Below are positions 26,228 to 34,875 of a stretch of DNA of 64,000 bases, one piece after another. Source of the DNA: a virus (Duplodnaviria; Heunggongvirae; Uroviricota; Caudoviricetes); IMG/VR virus record IMGVR_UViG_3300036399_001023; one strand, 5' to 3'. The notes under the pieces were generated by a model. That model was not told the origin of the DNA and searched no databases. It saw nothing but the letters and a program-made list of their open reading frames with translations. The stretch's first letter is position 1. Each line of letters begins with the position of its first letter. The translations under genes were made by a program, and so were the position numbers.

Positions 26228-26770
26228 TTAACTTGCGGGCTTTTCCGGCGAAGAACCAAGTTCCTGCGATGCGGCTAGATATTCTTCGATGGCTGCATGA
26301 AAGTTGGATTCAAATTCAGCTATCGTTTCGCCGTGAAACGAGATAATGTCGTCGATGTCTATGACACGACCAACAATAATCTTGTCTTCAGTATCGAAGA
26401 CCATACTGGCTGTGTAGTCTTTGTAGGCCATGGAATTGATCATGGCTTTCCGCACCCATGTAGAAGAATACGGTTCAGTAAGCATGTACAAACCTTCCTC
26501 AAACTTCCCTGTAGAGAGAATGATTTGGAGGGCTGTTTGAGTTTGTTCGTGAAGTTGCCTGTACTCCTCTTCCTGTGACTCGGTCAATTCTTCTAGGTCT
26601 TCTCCAGTCAGAATTTCGTGTATGTCCCCGATAACCCAACTGTTGCCATACGGTCTTTTCGGGTCTATTTCCGGAGCACCGAATTCACAGTTGCTCCACC
26701 CAACGTGCATTCTTCTCAGCAGTTTCAGGTGGTTTTGAGTTAGGAGAAAGAAGGTCTTGCTGTTAGTCAT
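26228..26770 (-). CDS. hypothetical protein
   Basis: ORF track 180 aa. Confidence 0.4.
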   Translation of the reverse strand: MTNSKTFFLLTQNHLKLLRRMHVGWSNCEFGAPEIDPKRPYGNSWVIGDIHEILTGEDLEELTESQEEEYRQLHEQTQTALQIILSTGKFEEGLYMLTEPYSSTWVRKAMINSMAYKDYTASMVFDTEDKIIVGRVIDIDDIISFHGETIAEFESNFHAAIEEYLAASQELGSSPEKPAS

Positions 26771-26784
26771 AACAAAAATGGGAA

Positions 26785-26896
26785 TGGGACCGGCAGGACT
26801 CGAACCTGCAACCGCGCCTTTAAAAGAGGTAATTTAATTGCTGATGTATCTTTGTCAAGATAACTTTTCGTGCTCTACCAGTTGAGCTACGGTCCC
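26785..26896 (-). ncRNA. tRNA-shaped ncRNA (112 nt) with anticodon arm replaced by about 37-nt structured insert; Y-RNA/YrlA-like candidate or intron-bearing tRNA
   Basis: perfect acceptor GGGACCG/CGGTCCC, D-arm GCTC-AACTGGTA-GAGC, T-arm GCAGG-TTCGAGT-CCTGC; internal hairpin TATCTT-GACA-AAGATA. Confidence 0.5.
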
Positions 26897-26953
26897 GTAT
26901 TTGATCCGAAAACTACCTGGAGCGATATTGAAAGTTTTTTCTTAGCCCTTGAG

Positions 26954-27205
26954 CTACTCTCCAATGTTAGTGGGTTCAAAGGTTAAATTAAACCACTCCC
27001 CGTCAGAGTTACAAAACAAGAGCTTAGAGTCGCTGTCGTCGGGGTAAAGCCAGATCAGCATGTTCTTTAACGATTTGTTTTGGGAGTTTTTGGGTAGGGT
27101 CTTACCTCGCTTCAGTCGATACAATAAGTCATGCCCTATCCCTTTACTCGGCACGTCTAACCGTATCCCCTTGTCACCGTCAAAACCTGCTTCAGTGGGT
27201 GTCAT
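26954..27205 (-). CDS. hypothetical protein
   Basis: ORF track 83 aa. Confidence 0.35.
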   Translation of the reverse strand: MTPTEAGFDGDKGIRLDVPSKGIGHDLLYRLKRGKTLPKNSQNKSLKNMLIWLYPDDSDSKLLFCNSDGEWFNLTFEPTNIGE

Positions 27206-27358
27206 ATCTTTTTGTTCTATCTAAGTTTGCTTGGCAAATTACTTGGATCGAGAATAAAGGTCTTTTACTATCATTATGGAGATAAAGTTTGGGTTTAGCT
27301 AGATAGTTGTTTTTCCCAAGAGAGTTGGGGTAAATCGCTGAACTATCTATGTTTGCCG

Positions 27359-27490
27359 AAGGCAAAGTCGAAGAGGCAAGATTCGAACTTGCGTATGGCG
27401 GTTCCTTTTGCGTATTGGGTAGTTGCTGAATTACCTAAGCTAGGTAATCTTTTTGCATTACCGCTGCCTAACCACTTGGCTACTCTTCGG
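27359..27490 (-). ncRNA. tRNA-shaped ncRNA (132 nt) with about 57 nt inserted between anticodon-stem strands GCGGT/ACCGC; Y-RNA/YrlA-like candidate
   Basis: acceptor CGAAGAG/CTCTTCG, D-arm GCC-AAGTGGTTA-GGC, T-arm GCAAG-TTCGAAT-CTTGC; insert has alternative hairpins around GGTAAT/ATTACC. Confidence 0.5.
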
Positions 27491-27617
27491 TTTTTCGCAC
27501 CGCTTTGCTGGGTGTAGGTTAAGGGGGGCAAGGAGTGGAACCTTGAGCTCCACATCCGTATCATAGGTTGAGAGTGCTAAGGGTAAACGGACTCAAGCAG
27601 AGACCCTCACTCGGGGC

Positions 27618-28013
27618 CTATCGCGGGGCACCACCCATATACTCTCGAAAGGCGTTCATAAAGCACCTTACGTCCTCCTCGTAAGATGTGTCAGGGTCGT
27701 ACCACGAGAAGGGGACTTTTTGCGATATCTTCTTGGAGAAAATAAGGTCATACTTGGCTTCATCGGAGAGCTTAGACTCGTAGATTGAGTTTGCCTCTCT
27801 GTACACTTTGCTTAACTCCTCAAAGCCCTCTACCTCTTCGTTCGACTCCATGGCACCTCCATACCACTCTTCGAGGGACTCCACAATTTCTCCAAGCCTT
27901 GCGGCGTAGGTGTGTTGGTCGTCCCTCAGTAAACTGTCACGAAAAGAGCGCAATTGACTCAGGGGTTTGTTAAACTTCCACATTGCTTTAGGGCTAACGG
28001 AGAAAGGAGGCAT
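27618..28013 (-). CDS. hypothetical protein
   Basis: ORF track 131 aa. Confidence 0.4.
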   Translation of the reverse strand: MPPFSVSPKAMWKFNKPLSQLRSFRDSLLRDDQHTYAARLGEIVESLEEWYGGAMESNEEVEGFEELSKVYREANSIYESKLSDEAKYDLIFSKKISQKVPFSWYDPDTSYEEDVRCFMNAFREYMGGAPR

Positions 28014-28065
28014 CCCCGAGAAGATGCTGTGTTCTGGGGGGTGTTTTCCATACGTGAACTATAGC

Positions 28066-28124
28066 GGTTTTACTGAGCGAAGGAAAGGGTGAAAACCGAA
28101 CCGCTAGGGGCGGTTAACCGCCCT
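28066..28124 (-). promoter_or_regulatory. intergenic terminator-promoter cassette
   Basis: gaactatagcgg...aaagggtgaaaaccgaaccgc..ggcggttaaccgccc. Confidence 0.5.
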
Positions 28125-28386
28125 GGCTCAAATTTGTTACTCGTCGAGTCCCCTTGTACAACTCGATAACTTCACCATCTTCCGACACTCTTACGTCGTA
28201 ATGGCGGTACTCGGTTGGTATTTCGTGTCCAACTAAGGGTGTGAAGTCTCTTAGAAAGTTCTCCCAAGAAATAACATTGTCTAGGCCACGACTTCGTAAG
28301 TTTTCTACAAGACTGTCGTACTCCTCCCGCAAAGAAGAGGAAAAGGGAGCCCACTCGCTATGCGATTCACTTGGTTGACCTTGCAT
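28114..28386 (-). CDS. hypothetical protein
   Basis: ORF track 90 aa. Confidence 0.4.
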   Translation of the reverse strand: MQGQPSESHSEWAPFSSSLREEYDSLVENLRSRGLDNVISWENFLRDFTPLVGHEIPTEYRHYDVRVSEDGEVIELYKGTRRVTNLSQGG

Positions 28387-28555
28387 ACAAATTCGACAGT
28401 AGCAGAAGCAGAATGAGTGACAAAATGGACACAGAGCCTAAGATTACGATTGGGCTAAACACTGAGAGCCATGGCCAGGTTATTTGCCCCGTTAATTTCA
28501 ACCCGAGGAGGAGACCCTGGGCTGTCATTAACGAAACTGCGAGATTCTCAAACAT
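28367..28555 (-). CDS. small membrane protein (tandem paralog 1, ..TGQITWPWLSVFSP..)
   Basis: hydrophobic 62-aa ORF. Confidence 0.35.
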   Translation of the reverse strand: MFENLAVSLMTAQGLLLGLKLTGQITWPWLSVFSPIVILGSVSILSLILLLLLSNLYARSTK

Positions 28556-28558
28556 TAG

Positions 28559-28744
28559 TTATTTCTCATGCGAAAGTAGTTGAAGAATCATCCAAAGGGC
28601 TCCCAACCCAAGTAGAAAGATTGGCACAAGGGTTGGTGAAAGCACTGTGAGCCAGGGCCAGGAAACCTGACCTGTTACCTTCAGAGTTATGAAAACGGTT
28701 TGCAGAACGATGCAGAGGGCACCCGGCAATTTGATCCAGATCAT
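28559..28744 (-). CDS. small membrane protein (tandem paralog 2, ..TGQVSWPWLTVLSP..)
   Basis: hydrophobic 61-aa ORF. Confidence 0.35.
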   Translation of the reverse strand: MIWIKLPGALCIVLQTVFITLKVTGQVSWPWLTVLSPTLVPIFLLGLGALWMILQLLSHEK

Positions 28745-30225
28745 GCTCCTTCAGCAAATACGGCACCGACAGCGTCGTACCTTTCAGTGTAAACAGCGTC
28801 ACGCATAACCCCTACAGGCGTAATTACCCCGCCAGTAAGCACAGCTTTCAGGATTGAAGGGCTGCATCCGGAGACCAGGCAAGTTCCCGTATCATGCATT
28901 TTCATAGGTACGTTGCCGCTAGAGCTAACATTCCAGAAGACAAGTTCCGGCAAGGAATACCCTGCTTGAGCATACTTGATTCGCACCGCCTCAAAGTTTG
29001 TTACCGAGTTGTTTCTGCAGCAGGAGTCAAACTGCATGTCTGAGACAATGATAAGCTTGCGAGGCATTTCCCCTTCAGGAATATGGTTCCTCGTTGCGGT
29101 AGCCAACACAAGATTGAAGACTGCCTGCAGGTCCGTATTCATTCCCCAGGATGCGTTGGAAAGGTTCCTGATGCGTTGAGCAATTGTAGAACCTGTGACC
29201 GTTTGCAGCTCGGGAGTTGCAGAGAATGTGAGGAACCTGTCTTTCCAGATTCCAGTGTTACGCTCAGCGATGTACATCGCCAGCGAGATTGAAACCGCCA
29301 TGGGCATGCCGCCGTTATTTCCCATTGATCCTGAGACGTCGGCAATTACCAGGCCGTTCAGCTGCTCTCCTTCCATGTAGTTGGGTAGAGCCTCCCACAT
29401 TAAGTTTAGAGTCTGATCGCTCCTCTCACCCCCGTAAAGGTACTTGTGCACGATCTCGTAAGGGTAGATCGTACCGGCATTGATTTTTGCCTCACCTTTC
29501 TCTACCGAGTCAAGGTAGGATTGGTAGCGGTCGCCGTCGCGCTTGGCGAAAGCTTTACGATACATGAAGCCTGCCCGAGAAGGCAACTTGCTATAGTCAA
29601 TGCTTTCCCACTCACGGGCACACATTGGCTGCTCAACAATCTTGACTTGTGACCTGAGGGCAGTCAGGGCTTTGCGGTACTGCCTCTCGGTCCAACCCAT
29701 TGCTTCGGCAATTTTTCGGCCAATCCTCTTAGAGTCCTGGCTGGAAGCGTTAATGGAAGGCAGCCACTTTGCCAGAAGTGACACTGACTTTCCAACTTCC
29801 GTATTTAGGTCGGCGTTCAGTTGTGCCTTAATTGCTTCGAGTGCGGTGCCCCAAACTAAGGTACCGTCGAGGGCTACCACATCATCCCAGCGACCGTACT
29901 GTGGAATCAGGCTAACTAGCCTGGCACCAATTGCAGCGTCATTGCGGACGAGTTCTTTAAAAACTTCTCGAAAGATCTTTCGCTCTCCCTGGCCCCCACG
30001 AATGTCGCGTGCCCAAAACAAGATTCGAGTTGCGGTCTCAGGGGCGTCTGCGTAGGCAAGGTTGAACAGTCGAGTTGCTTCGCTGATGTTGTCACGGCAA
30101 GCTGCAATCTTTCCAAAAAGGTCCAGGCACTTAGACTCGGTGGATTTGTATGCCTTTGCACCGTTAGCGGTGATGGTTTGGTTAAACTCGTTTTCGAGTG
30201 CGTTTAAAAAGGATGGCGTTGTCAT
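28741..30225 (-). CDS. rsr: Ro60/Rsr-like protein (TROVE-like N-terminal region + vWA domain)
   Basis: vWA MIDAS motif LVIADVSGSMGNNG and LIIVSDMQFD in C-terminal third; N-terminal FLNALENEF...NGAKAYKST typical of TROVE/DUF2828-type proteins; 494 aa. Confidence 0.5.
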   Translation of the reverse strand: MTTPSFLNALENEFNQTITANGAKAYKSTESKCLDLFGKIAACRDNISEATRLFNLAYADAPETATRILFWARDIRGGQGERKIFREVFKELVRNDAAIGARLVSLIPQYGRWDDVVALDGTLVWGTALEAIKAQLNADLNTEVGKSVSLLAKWLPSINASSQDSKRIGRKIAEAMGWTERQYRKALTALRSQVKIVEQPMCAREWESIDYSKLPSRAGFMYRKAFAKRDGDRYQSYLDSVEKGEAKINAGTIYPYEIVHKYLYGGERSDQTLNLMWEALPNYMEGEQLNGLVIADVSGSMGNNGGMPMAVSISLAMYIAERNTGIWKDRFLTFSATPELQTVTGSTIAQRIRNLSNASWGMNTDLQAVFNLVLATATRNHIPEGEMPRKLIIVSDMQFDSCCRNNSVTNFEAVRIKYAQAGYSLPELVFWNVSSSGNVPMKMHDTGTCLVSGCSPSILKAVLTGGVITPVGVMRDAVYTERYDAVGAVFAEGA

Positions 30226-30384
30226 TTTCTCAAGTTGATTGTTTGTTTGGATACAAATTAAAGCTGTATCAACTTTGCGCTATGGGTAAGGACTCAATGG
30301 TCAAATGGTGGAGGAAATCCTCAAGGGTTGCTGAGCCATCGACACCCAAGCATAGTTAAAACCTAATGCAGTAAATCCTGGGAA

Positions 30385-31035
30385 CTACCAGGAGGCCCGG
30401 TACACGAACCTCCAGCTATAGTCCTCCTCAGGAATTGCGGGGTGGTTGAGGACTTTCTCCAGGACTTTGACTGTGTGTTGTAGGTCGGAGTAGTAGTGCT
30501 CACCGTAGTCTGTCGAGCCGAAGAAGAATCCCCCTTCGGTGGGTAGGATCTCCGCAGGGTTTACTGTGTTTGTTTCCGTAGGGGTGTCCCTACTTTCGAG
30601 GAGTTTTTTGCACCGAGAGAGAAGTTCTACCAAGTCGTCTCGGACAACATCAATGTCTTCGCATTTGTCTTCTCCCTCGGATAGATCCACAAAAAACTTG
30701 TGAATGTGGTTGGCTTTACGCCAGTAAGCAACTTCGACTCGCGTGTAAAGACTGTTGCGCCTAACGGCTGCAAAGTCGGTCATACCCAAAGCTGTTACAA
30801 TCTTGTTATACGTTTCTTTTTCTTCGTCGGACGAATGGTCGTAGTTGCCAAGGTATTTCTCAGCGTAGAGGTAGGAGTCAAGTCCCATGGTTTTGCGAGG
30901 TTGGTTGATCAGGAGTTTGGGTCGGACGGCGGTGCAATCAGCGCAGGTTGTCCGTACCTGCGATCTCTTCTTGAAGACGTTCAATAGCCCCACGAACCAT
31001 ACCTTCCCAGAAGGAAGGGTCAAAGGCAAGGTCAA
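30385..31035 (-). CDS. hypothetical protein
   Basis: ORF track 216 aa. Confidence 0.4.
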   Translation of the reverse strand: MTLPLTLPSGKVWFVGLLNVFKKRSQVRTTCADCTAVRPKLLINQPRKTMGLDSYLYAEKYLGNYDHSSDEEKETYNKIVTALGMTDFAAVRRNSLYTRVEVAYWRKANHIHKFFVDLSEGEDKCEDIDVVRDDLVELLSRCKKLLESRDTPTETNTVNPAEILPTEGGFFFGSTDYGEHYYSDLQHTVKVLEKVLNHPAIPEEDYSWRFVYRASW

Positions 31036-31143
31036 TGCCCCTATCTACCCATTCCTCAATTTTCGTTTCGTGAATGGCGTCGCGTCCGGACTTTGTGAAT
31101 CGGCCACGGGACTCGTTCCAAATCTGGCCAAAGTTGTCGAAGT

Positions 31144-31533
31144 TCATTGTTTTGTTAAGAAGAAGAGTTGCGGTTGTTGGTTTTCCTCGTACCGTGAGTA
31201 GCCAATAAAGTCACCCTCAAAGCCGTCTACCCACGGTGAAATCCATTCAAAGAACTCCTGAATTTCTCCCCGGTAGTTCTTAATGTCGCCTTTTCCTAGG
31301 AGTGCCCACTGCTTTGAGATCGTGTCTCGTTCCAGGAATTTGCAGTGTGTACGAGGAGTGTAGTAGCTGCAGTCACTGAAAAGGCAACCCCATCGGTCTG
31401 GAAGGTCCTTCAGGGCCTCTCTTTCCGAGTCTTCGTCGAGCTTTCCGCACATTGCCTTGAGAACGGTAATGACGTCGTCGGGTGTCGATGCTTTGAGGTC
31501 AACGTTGACGTAAATCTCTGTGTACATTCCCAT
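31144..31533 (-). CDS. hypothetical protein
   Basis: ORF track 129 aa; GAGGA Shine-Dalgarno upstream. Confidence 0.4.
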   Translation of the reverse strand: MGMYTEIYVNVDLKASTPDDVITVLKAMCGKLDEDSEREALKDLPDRWGCLFSDCSYYTPRTHCKFLERDTISKQWALLGKGDIKNYRGEIQEFFEWISPWVDGFEGDFIGYSRYEENQQPQLFFLTKQ

Positions 31534-31585
31534 GTTTTCTTTGCGGTTTCCTCTGGGTTATGGTGCCAGTGCGATGGTTTTGTAA

Positions 31586-31635
31586 GGGTATACTAGCGTG
31601 TTTGCTACGGGGAAGCAAGGGGCGGCTTCCCGCCC
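31586..31635 (-). promoter_or_regulatory. cassette variant (hairpin GGGCGG-GAAG-CCGCCC)
   Basis: gggtatactagcg...gcaaggggcggcttcccgccc. Confidence 0.45.
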
Positions 31636-31652
31636 TTACCCCCGGACCACAC

Positions 31653-32470
31653 TCACTTCGTGTTAAAAACACCCTCGGATAGGGAGAGCACGTTGGCACC
31701 GTTAATCAGAATCTTCTGAATACTGCCGTTTTTCATGGCTTCACGGAGAACCTCAAGACGTTGGTACTCAAGAGACTGCGAAGTCACTGTGGACGCCAGT
31801 GCCTTGTTTTCCTCGGCCTTAAGTTGAGCCGTTTCAGTCTTAACTTGCTGCTCTTTTAGGCCAGATTGGGCGGCAACTACACGATTCACCGACGCCACCA
31901 ATTCGTCTGGTAAGTCAGCTTTGCCTACGATGATGGAGTCGACGGTTATTTTACCGTCAAGGCCGTTCTTTCGAAGAGCTTCGGACAGGTTGGTTTTGAT
32001 TGTGTCTTGAATCTGTTCCAGGCTGCTGTTTACAGCTAGTGCGGGGAACTCATCGACAGACTGATTTACGGCGGATGTAATCAACCTGGAAATGTAGCTG
32101 GACATTAGTTGAAGCTGACCATTTTCGGCAATCCCGTGATTAGTCAGATCGTAGTTGGTGAAGAACTCGTAAAGGGAGTTAGGGTTGATGCTGTATGTTA
32201 CAGTAACATCCATCTCTTTCATGATGGTGTTGTCCTTGGTCTTCGGGCGAAGGTCGTTTGCAGTTACCGTGATCTTTCGGGTGTTGAACACCTTAATGGA
32301 TCCGAACCCGTCGTACTTAATGCCTGGTGTCAGAACCTCGTTTTTTCACTTGGCCGTCGAAACCGACATAGAGCCCGTTTTCACCGGTGTTGATCGTAGT
32401 GAACTGACCAGCGGTGAGGGCGAGAAGGAGAGCACCGGCACCAACGCCGATACCAATTTTTGCGAGTGAC
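31653..32470 (-). CDS. SPFH/band-7 (prohibitin/HflK-like) protein interrupted by a frameshift at a T7/A7 homopolymer (about 32342..32350)
   Basis: upstream frame MSLAKIGIGVGAGALLLALTAG..GLYVGFDGQVKK ends in stop; downstream frame continues ..EVLTPGIKYDGFGSIKVFNTRKITVTA..; together a canonical TM+SPFH N-terminus. Confidence 0.5.
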
Positions 32471-32513
32471 ATAATAGAAGTTTGCGAGTGGGTGTTGTGG
32501 TTAAAAGATGAGT

Positions 32514-32891
32514 CTAGGACTCTTCATTTTCGTCTTCTTGAATTGAACTAACGGCGTCATCGTACCAACACCAGTTATCAACCCCAAATTGATGAAGAGC
32601 GTTGAGTTCGAGTTGCCCTTCAACTAATCTTTCGTATTCGGTTTTTGAAATCGTGACGGTTTCCATAATTAAAAGAGCGAGTGTTAATCCGGAGAAATGC
32701 CGGCGTAAATAAACGCAACTGCGACACAAAGGAGGAGCGCTAGCGGTACAATTTTGAGGAAGAACACCACTGGAAGTCCCCTCAAAAGAAGAATGAGCAG
32801 AAGTAGGGACATGCCAGCAGCGACACCAAGAACTCGCATTAGCATGTGGGGTTACAGGGTGGAGAACTTTTGTAATTGTGTCGCACGGCAA
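32514..32891 (-). CDS. hypothetical protein
   Basis: ORF track 125 aa. Confidence 0.35.
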   Translation of the reverse strand: MPCDTITKVLHPVTPHANASSWCRCWHVPTSAHSSFEGTSSGVLPQNCTASAPPLCRSCVYLRRHFSGLTLALLIMETVTISKTEYERLVEGQLELNALHQFGVDNWCWYDDAVSSIQEDENEES

Positions 32892-33236
32892 CTAAGCAAT
32901 TTTCCAGTCTTCAGCGTCACGGAACTCAAGGGTCTCTGCCCCGTCGTAGTCCGTAACCTTAAACATAACCCCTTCAGGTACCCAGTAAATTGAAAGTTCT
33001 CCCGCGCCGCCGCCATAAAAGTGGGAGTCAGGATAAACGGACTCAACGTACTCTGGAATGGAGTCTCGGCGGTCGTCTTCAACCATGTGCACCAGGGTGG
33101 GGTCGAACAACAGAAAGTTTTCGAGACCGTCGGTACCCTCACCATCACTGGAGTTCCATGTGCTCCAACCAGCGCCAAAGCCTGGGCTATATAAAACGGC
33201 GACTTTGCCGCCTCGAACCACTCTGTCAGCTTTCAT
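32892..33236 (-). CDS. hypothetical protein
   Basis: ORF track 114 aa. Confidence 0.35.
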   Translation of the reverse strand: MKADRVVRGGKVAVLYSPGFGAGWSTWNSSDGEGTDGLENFLLFDPTLVHMVEDDRRDSIPEYVESVYPDSHFYGGGAGELSIYWVPEGVMFKVTDYDGAETLEFRDAEDWKIA

Positions 33237-33450
33237 TTCGGTTAAAGTGTGTTACAAGGAAGGGTTCTTGGTTTTCGTAGGCCTGAGCGAGAGCTTCGCC
33301 CTCAGCTTGAAGGAGCCTTACGAGGTCAAACTGTCCGCGATCAAGGAGGAGATGACATTGCACGGAAAGGTCCCATAGTCGAGTCTGAATTGCATCGCCA
33401 AGGGAAAACGCCTTACCATGTAAGGCAGTGTCGTAGGGGTTGGGGTTCAT
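33226..33450 (-). CDS. hypothetical protein
   Basis: ORF track 74 aa. Confidence 0.3.
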   Translation of the reverse strand: MNPNPYDTALHGKAFSLGDAIQTRLWDLSVQCHLLLDRGQFDLVRLLQAEGEALAQAYENQEPFLVTHFNRNES

Positions 33451-33468
33451 AAGTTAAGGGTTGGGAGA

Positions 33469-34206
33469 CTAAGCAAACTGAACAAGGGTCTGTTCTTCCA
33501 GGTTCCACACACAGAGGCGAGCGTGCGCCGGGTCAAAACTTTTCTGAGTGCTGCCACCCATCTGACCGTCGAGAACCAGGCTCTTCTCGCTCGTGTGAAC
33601 GTGGTGGTAGTGCCCTGCGACACGAACCCAGGTCCGATCGCATTCCTCTTCCCACCAATAGACGCGAGTCTCATCTTGAGGGTACACCGCGCCGGGGCGG
33701 CGAGGGCCAAACAGCATGTAGTCCTTGGCTTTTCTCGTCACCTCGTTCACACGGTACACTCCAGTGTAAGACGGTGGAACAAGAACCCACTTCGGAAACA
33801 TCGCGTGAGCACAACGGTACTCTGTCCCTCTGGAATCTCGCAAGGCAACCCCGTAGGGAAAAGTTTCCAGCCAGGCAGAGACTTCCTCAATAGGGATACC
33901 TGCGTCTGAGAAGTCTTGTACGGTACGCTCAAAGCCCTCTTTAAGAACCACGTTGTTCCCGCGAGCGTAACGCTCCAGCTTGTTTTGATGGTTGCTTCGA
34001 AGCACAATCGCCCCTTCTTCCACGGCTTGCCGAACGGCTTTGTACACACCTGCGCTGTCGCTTGTTTCCATGCGAGAGTCAAAAAGGTCGCCGAGGAAAA
34101 TTGGTGTGCAATTTGCTCCTCGGCAATAATCGAGCGCTTTGAGCAGGGGCTTTCTCTGAGAGTGTAGGTCGCCGATGAAGGCAAAATTGGAAGTAACGTT
34201 ATTCAT
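33469..34206 (-). CDS. calcineurin-like metallophosphoesterase (second copy)
   Basis: FIGDLHS, FLGDLFDS, SNHQ motifs; start ATG 6 nt after the cassette -10 box. Confidence 0.6.
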   Translation of the reverse strand: MNNVTSNFAFIGDLHSQRKPLLKALDYCRGANCTPIFLGDLFDSRMETSDSAGVYKAVRQAVEEGAIVLRSNHQNKLERYARGNNVVLKEGFERTVQDFSDAGIPIEEVSAWLETFPYGVALRDSRGTEYRCAHAMFPKWVLVPPSYTGVYRVNEVTRKAKDYMLFGPRRPGAVYPQDETRVYWWEEECDRTWVRVAGHYHHVHTSEKSLVLDGQMGGSTQKSFDPAHARLCVWNLEEQTLVQFA

Positions 34207-34210
34207 GATA

Positions 34211-34257
34211 TTACTATAGCGTTTTTCCGTCTGAAAGGCAAGGGCGGGAAACCGCCC
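34211..34257 (-). promoter_or_regulatory. intergenic terminator-promoter cassette; minus TTGCCT-17nt-TATAGT, ATG of 33469..34206 6 nt after -10
   Basis: ttactatagcg-tttttccgtctgaaagg-caagggcgggaaaccgccc. Confidence 0.55.
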
Positions 34258-34578
34258 TTAGCCACGTAGAAATCCTTTGTGTTGTGCAGGCTCGCGACGG
34301 GTGGGCCTTTTTCTGGCGACAGCAGGTGCTGAGACAACCGGGGATGGCGCAGGAGACTCTGCAAGAGCAAGGGGTTGGACCGGTGACGGTGGCTCCTCCA
34401 GGGCATTAAGCAGTGCCTTCAGGGCAACGACAAGGTGGGGTCTTAGAGCCTTGGCAGCCTTGCCCGCAAGGCCAAAAAGGAGAACGGACCACGCAATCGT
34501 AGTCAGTGCCGCGTCCACGGCTCTGTTACCAACAACCACGTAGTTGACCCTGCGCAAGGGTTCGAGAAGGTTTTTCAT
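34258..34578 (-). CDS. Ala/Pro-rich hypothetical protein
   Basis: ORF track 106 aa. Confidence 0.3.
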   Translation of the reverse strand: MKNLLEPLRRVNYVVVGNRAVDAALTTIAWSVLLFGLAGKAAKALRPHLVVALKALLNALEEPPSPVQPLALAESPAPSPVVSAPAVARKRPTRREPAQHKGFLRG

Positions 34579-34630
34579 TGTCTTTGAGAAAGGTTTCTAG
34601 GGGTTCGTTGTAGAGGGTGAACTCCCTAAA

Positions 34631-34680
34631 GCTAGTATAGCCCGTTTATCCCAAAAAGCAAAAGGGGGGAAACCGTCTCC
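34631..34680 (-). promoter_or_regulatory. intergenic terminator-promoter cassette
   Basis: gctagtatagcccg...aaaaggggggaaaccgtctcc. Confidence 0.45.
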
Positions 34681-34875
34681 TTTACCTCTGGCTTGGGCTG
34701 TTCGACGTAAAATGTGCCCTTAAGCGAGCCATAATGGCCATGTTCGCCTTAGACAGAGCCATGTCCAAGGTAGCCTTTTCTCCGACCTTGGCTTCGGTGG
34801 TGGACGACCCTCGAAGCCGTAGAGCGGAAAGGCGACGAGCAGCACACGAGGCTATGTTTAACCACTGCAGCGAGG

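Noticed and set aside
26170-26240. T-arm-like string gggactcgaacc suggesting another minus-strand tRNA
   Set aside because: Flanking sequence does not form a T-stem (3 of 5 pairs mismatch) or a complementary acceptor stem. Treated as chance or a decayed fragment.
27500-27630. T-arm-like hairpin caaggagtggaaccttg downstream of the 132-nt element
   Set aside because: Loop TTCCACT is non-canonical, and no complementary acceptor strand (would need AGGGGGG) was found within 150 nt.
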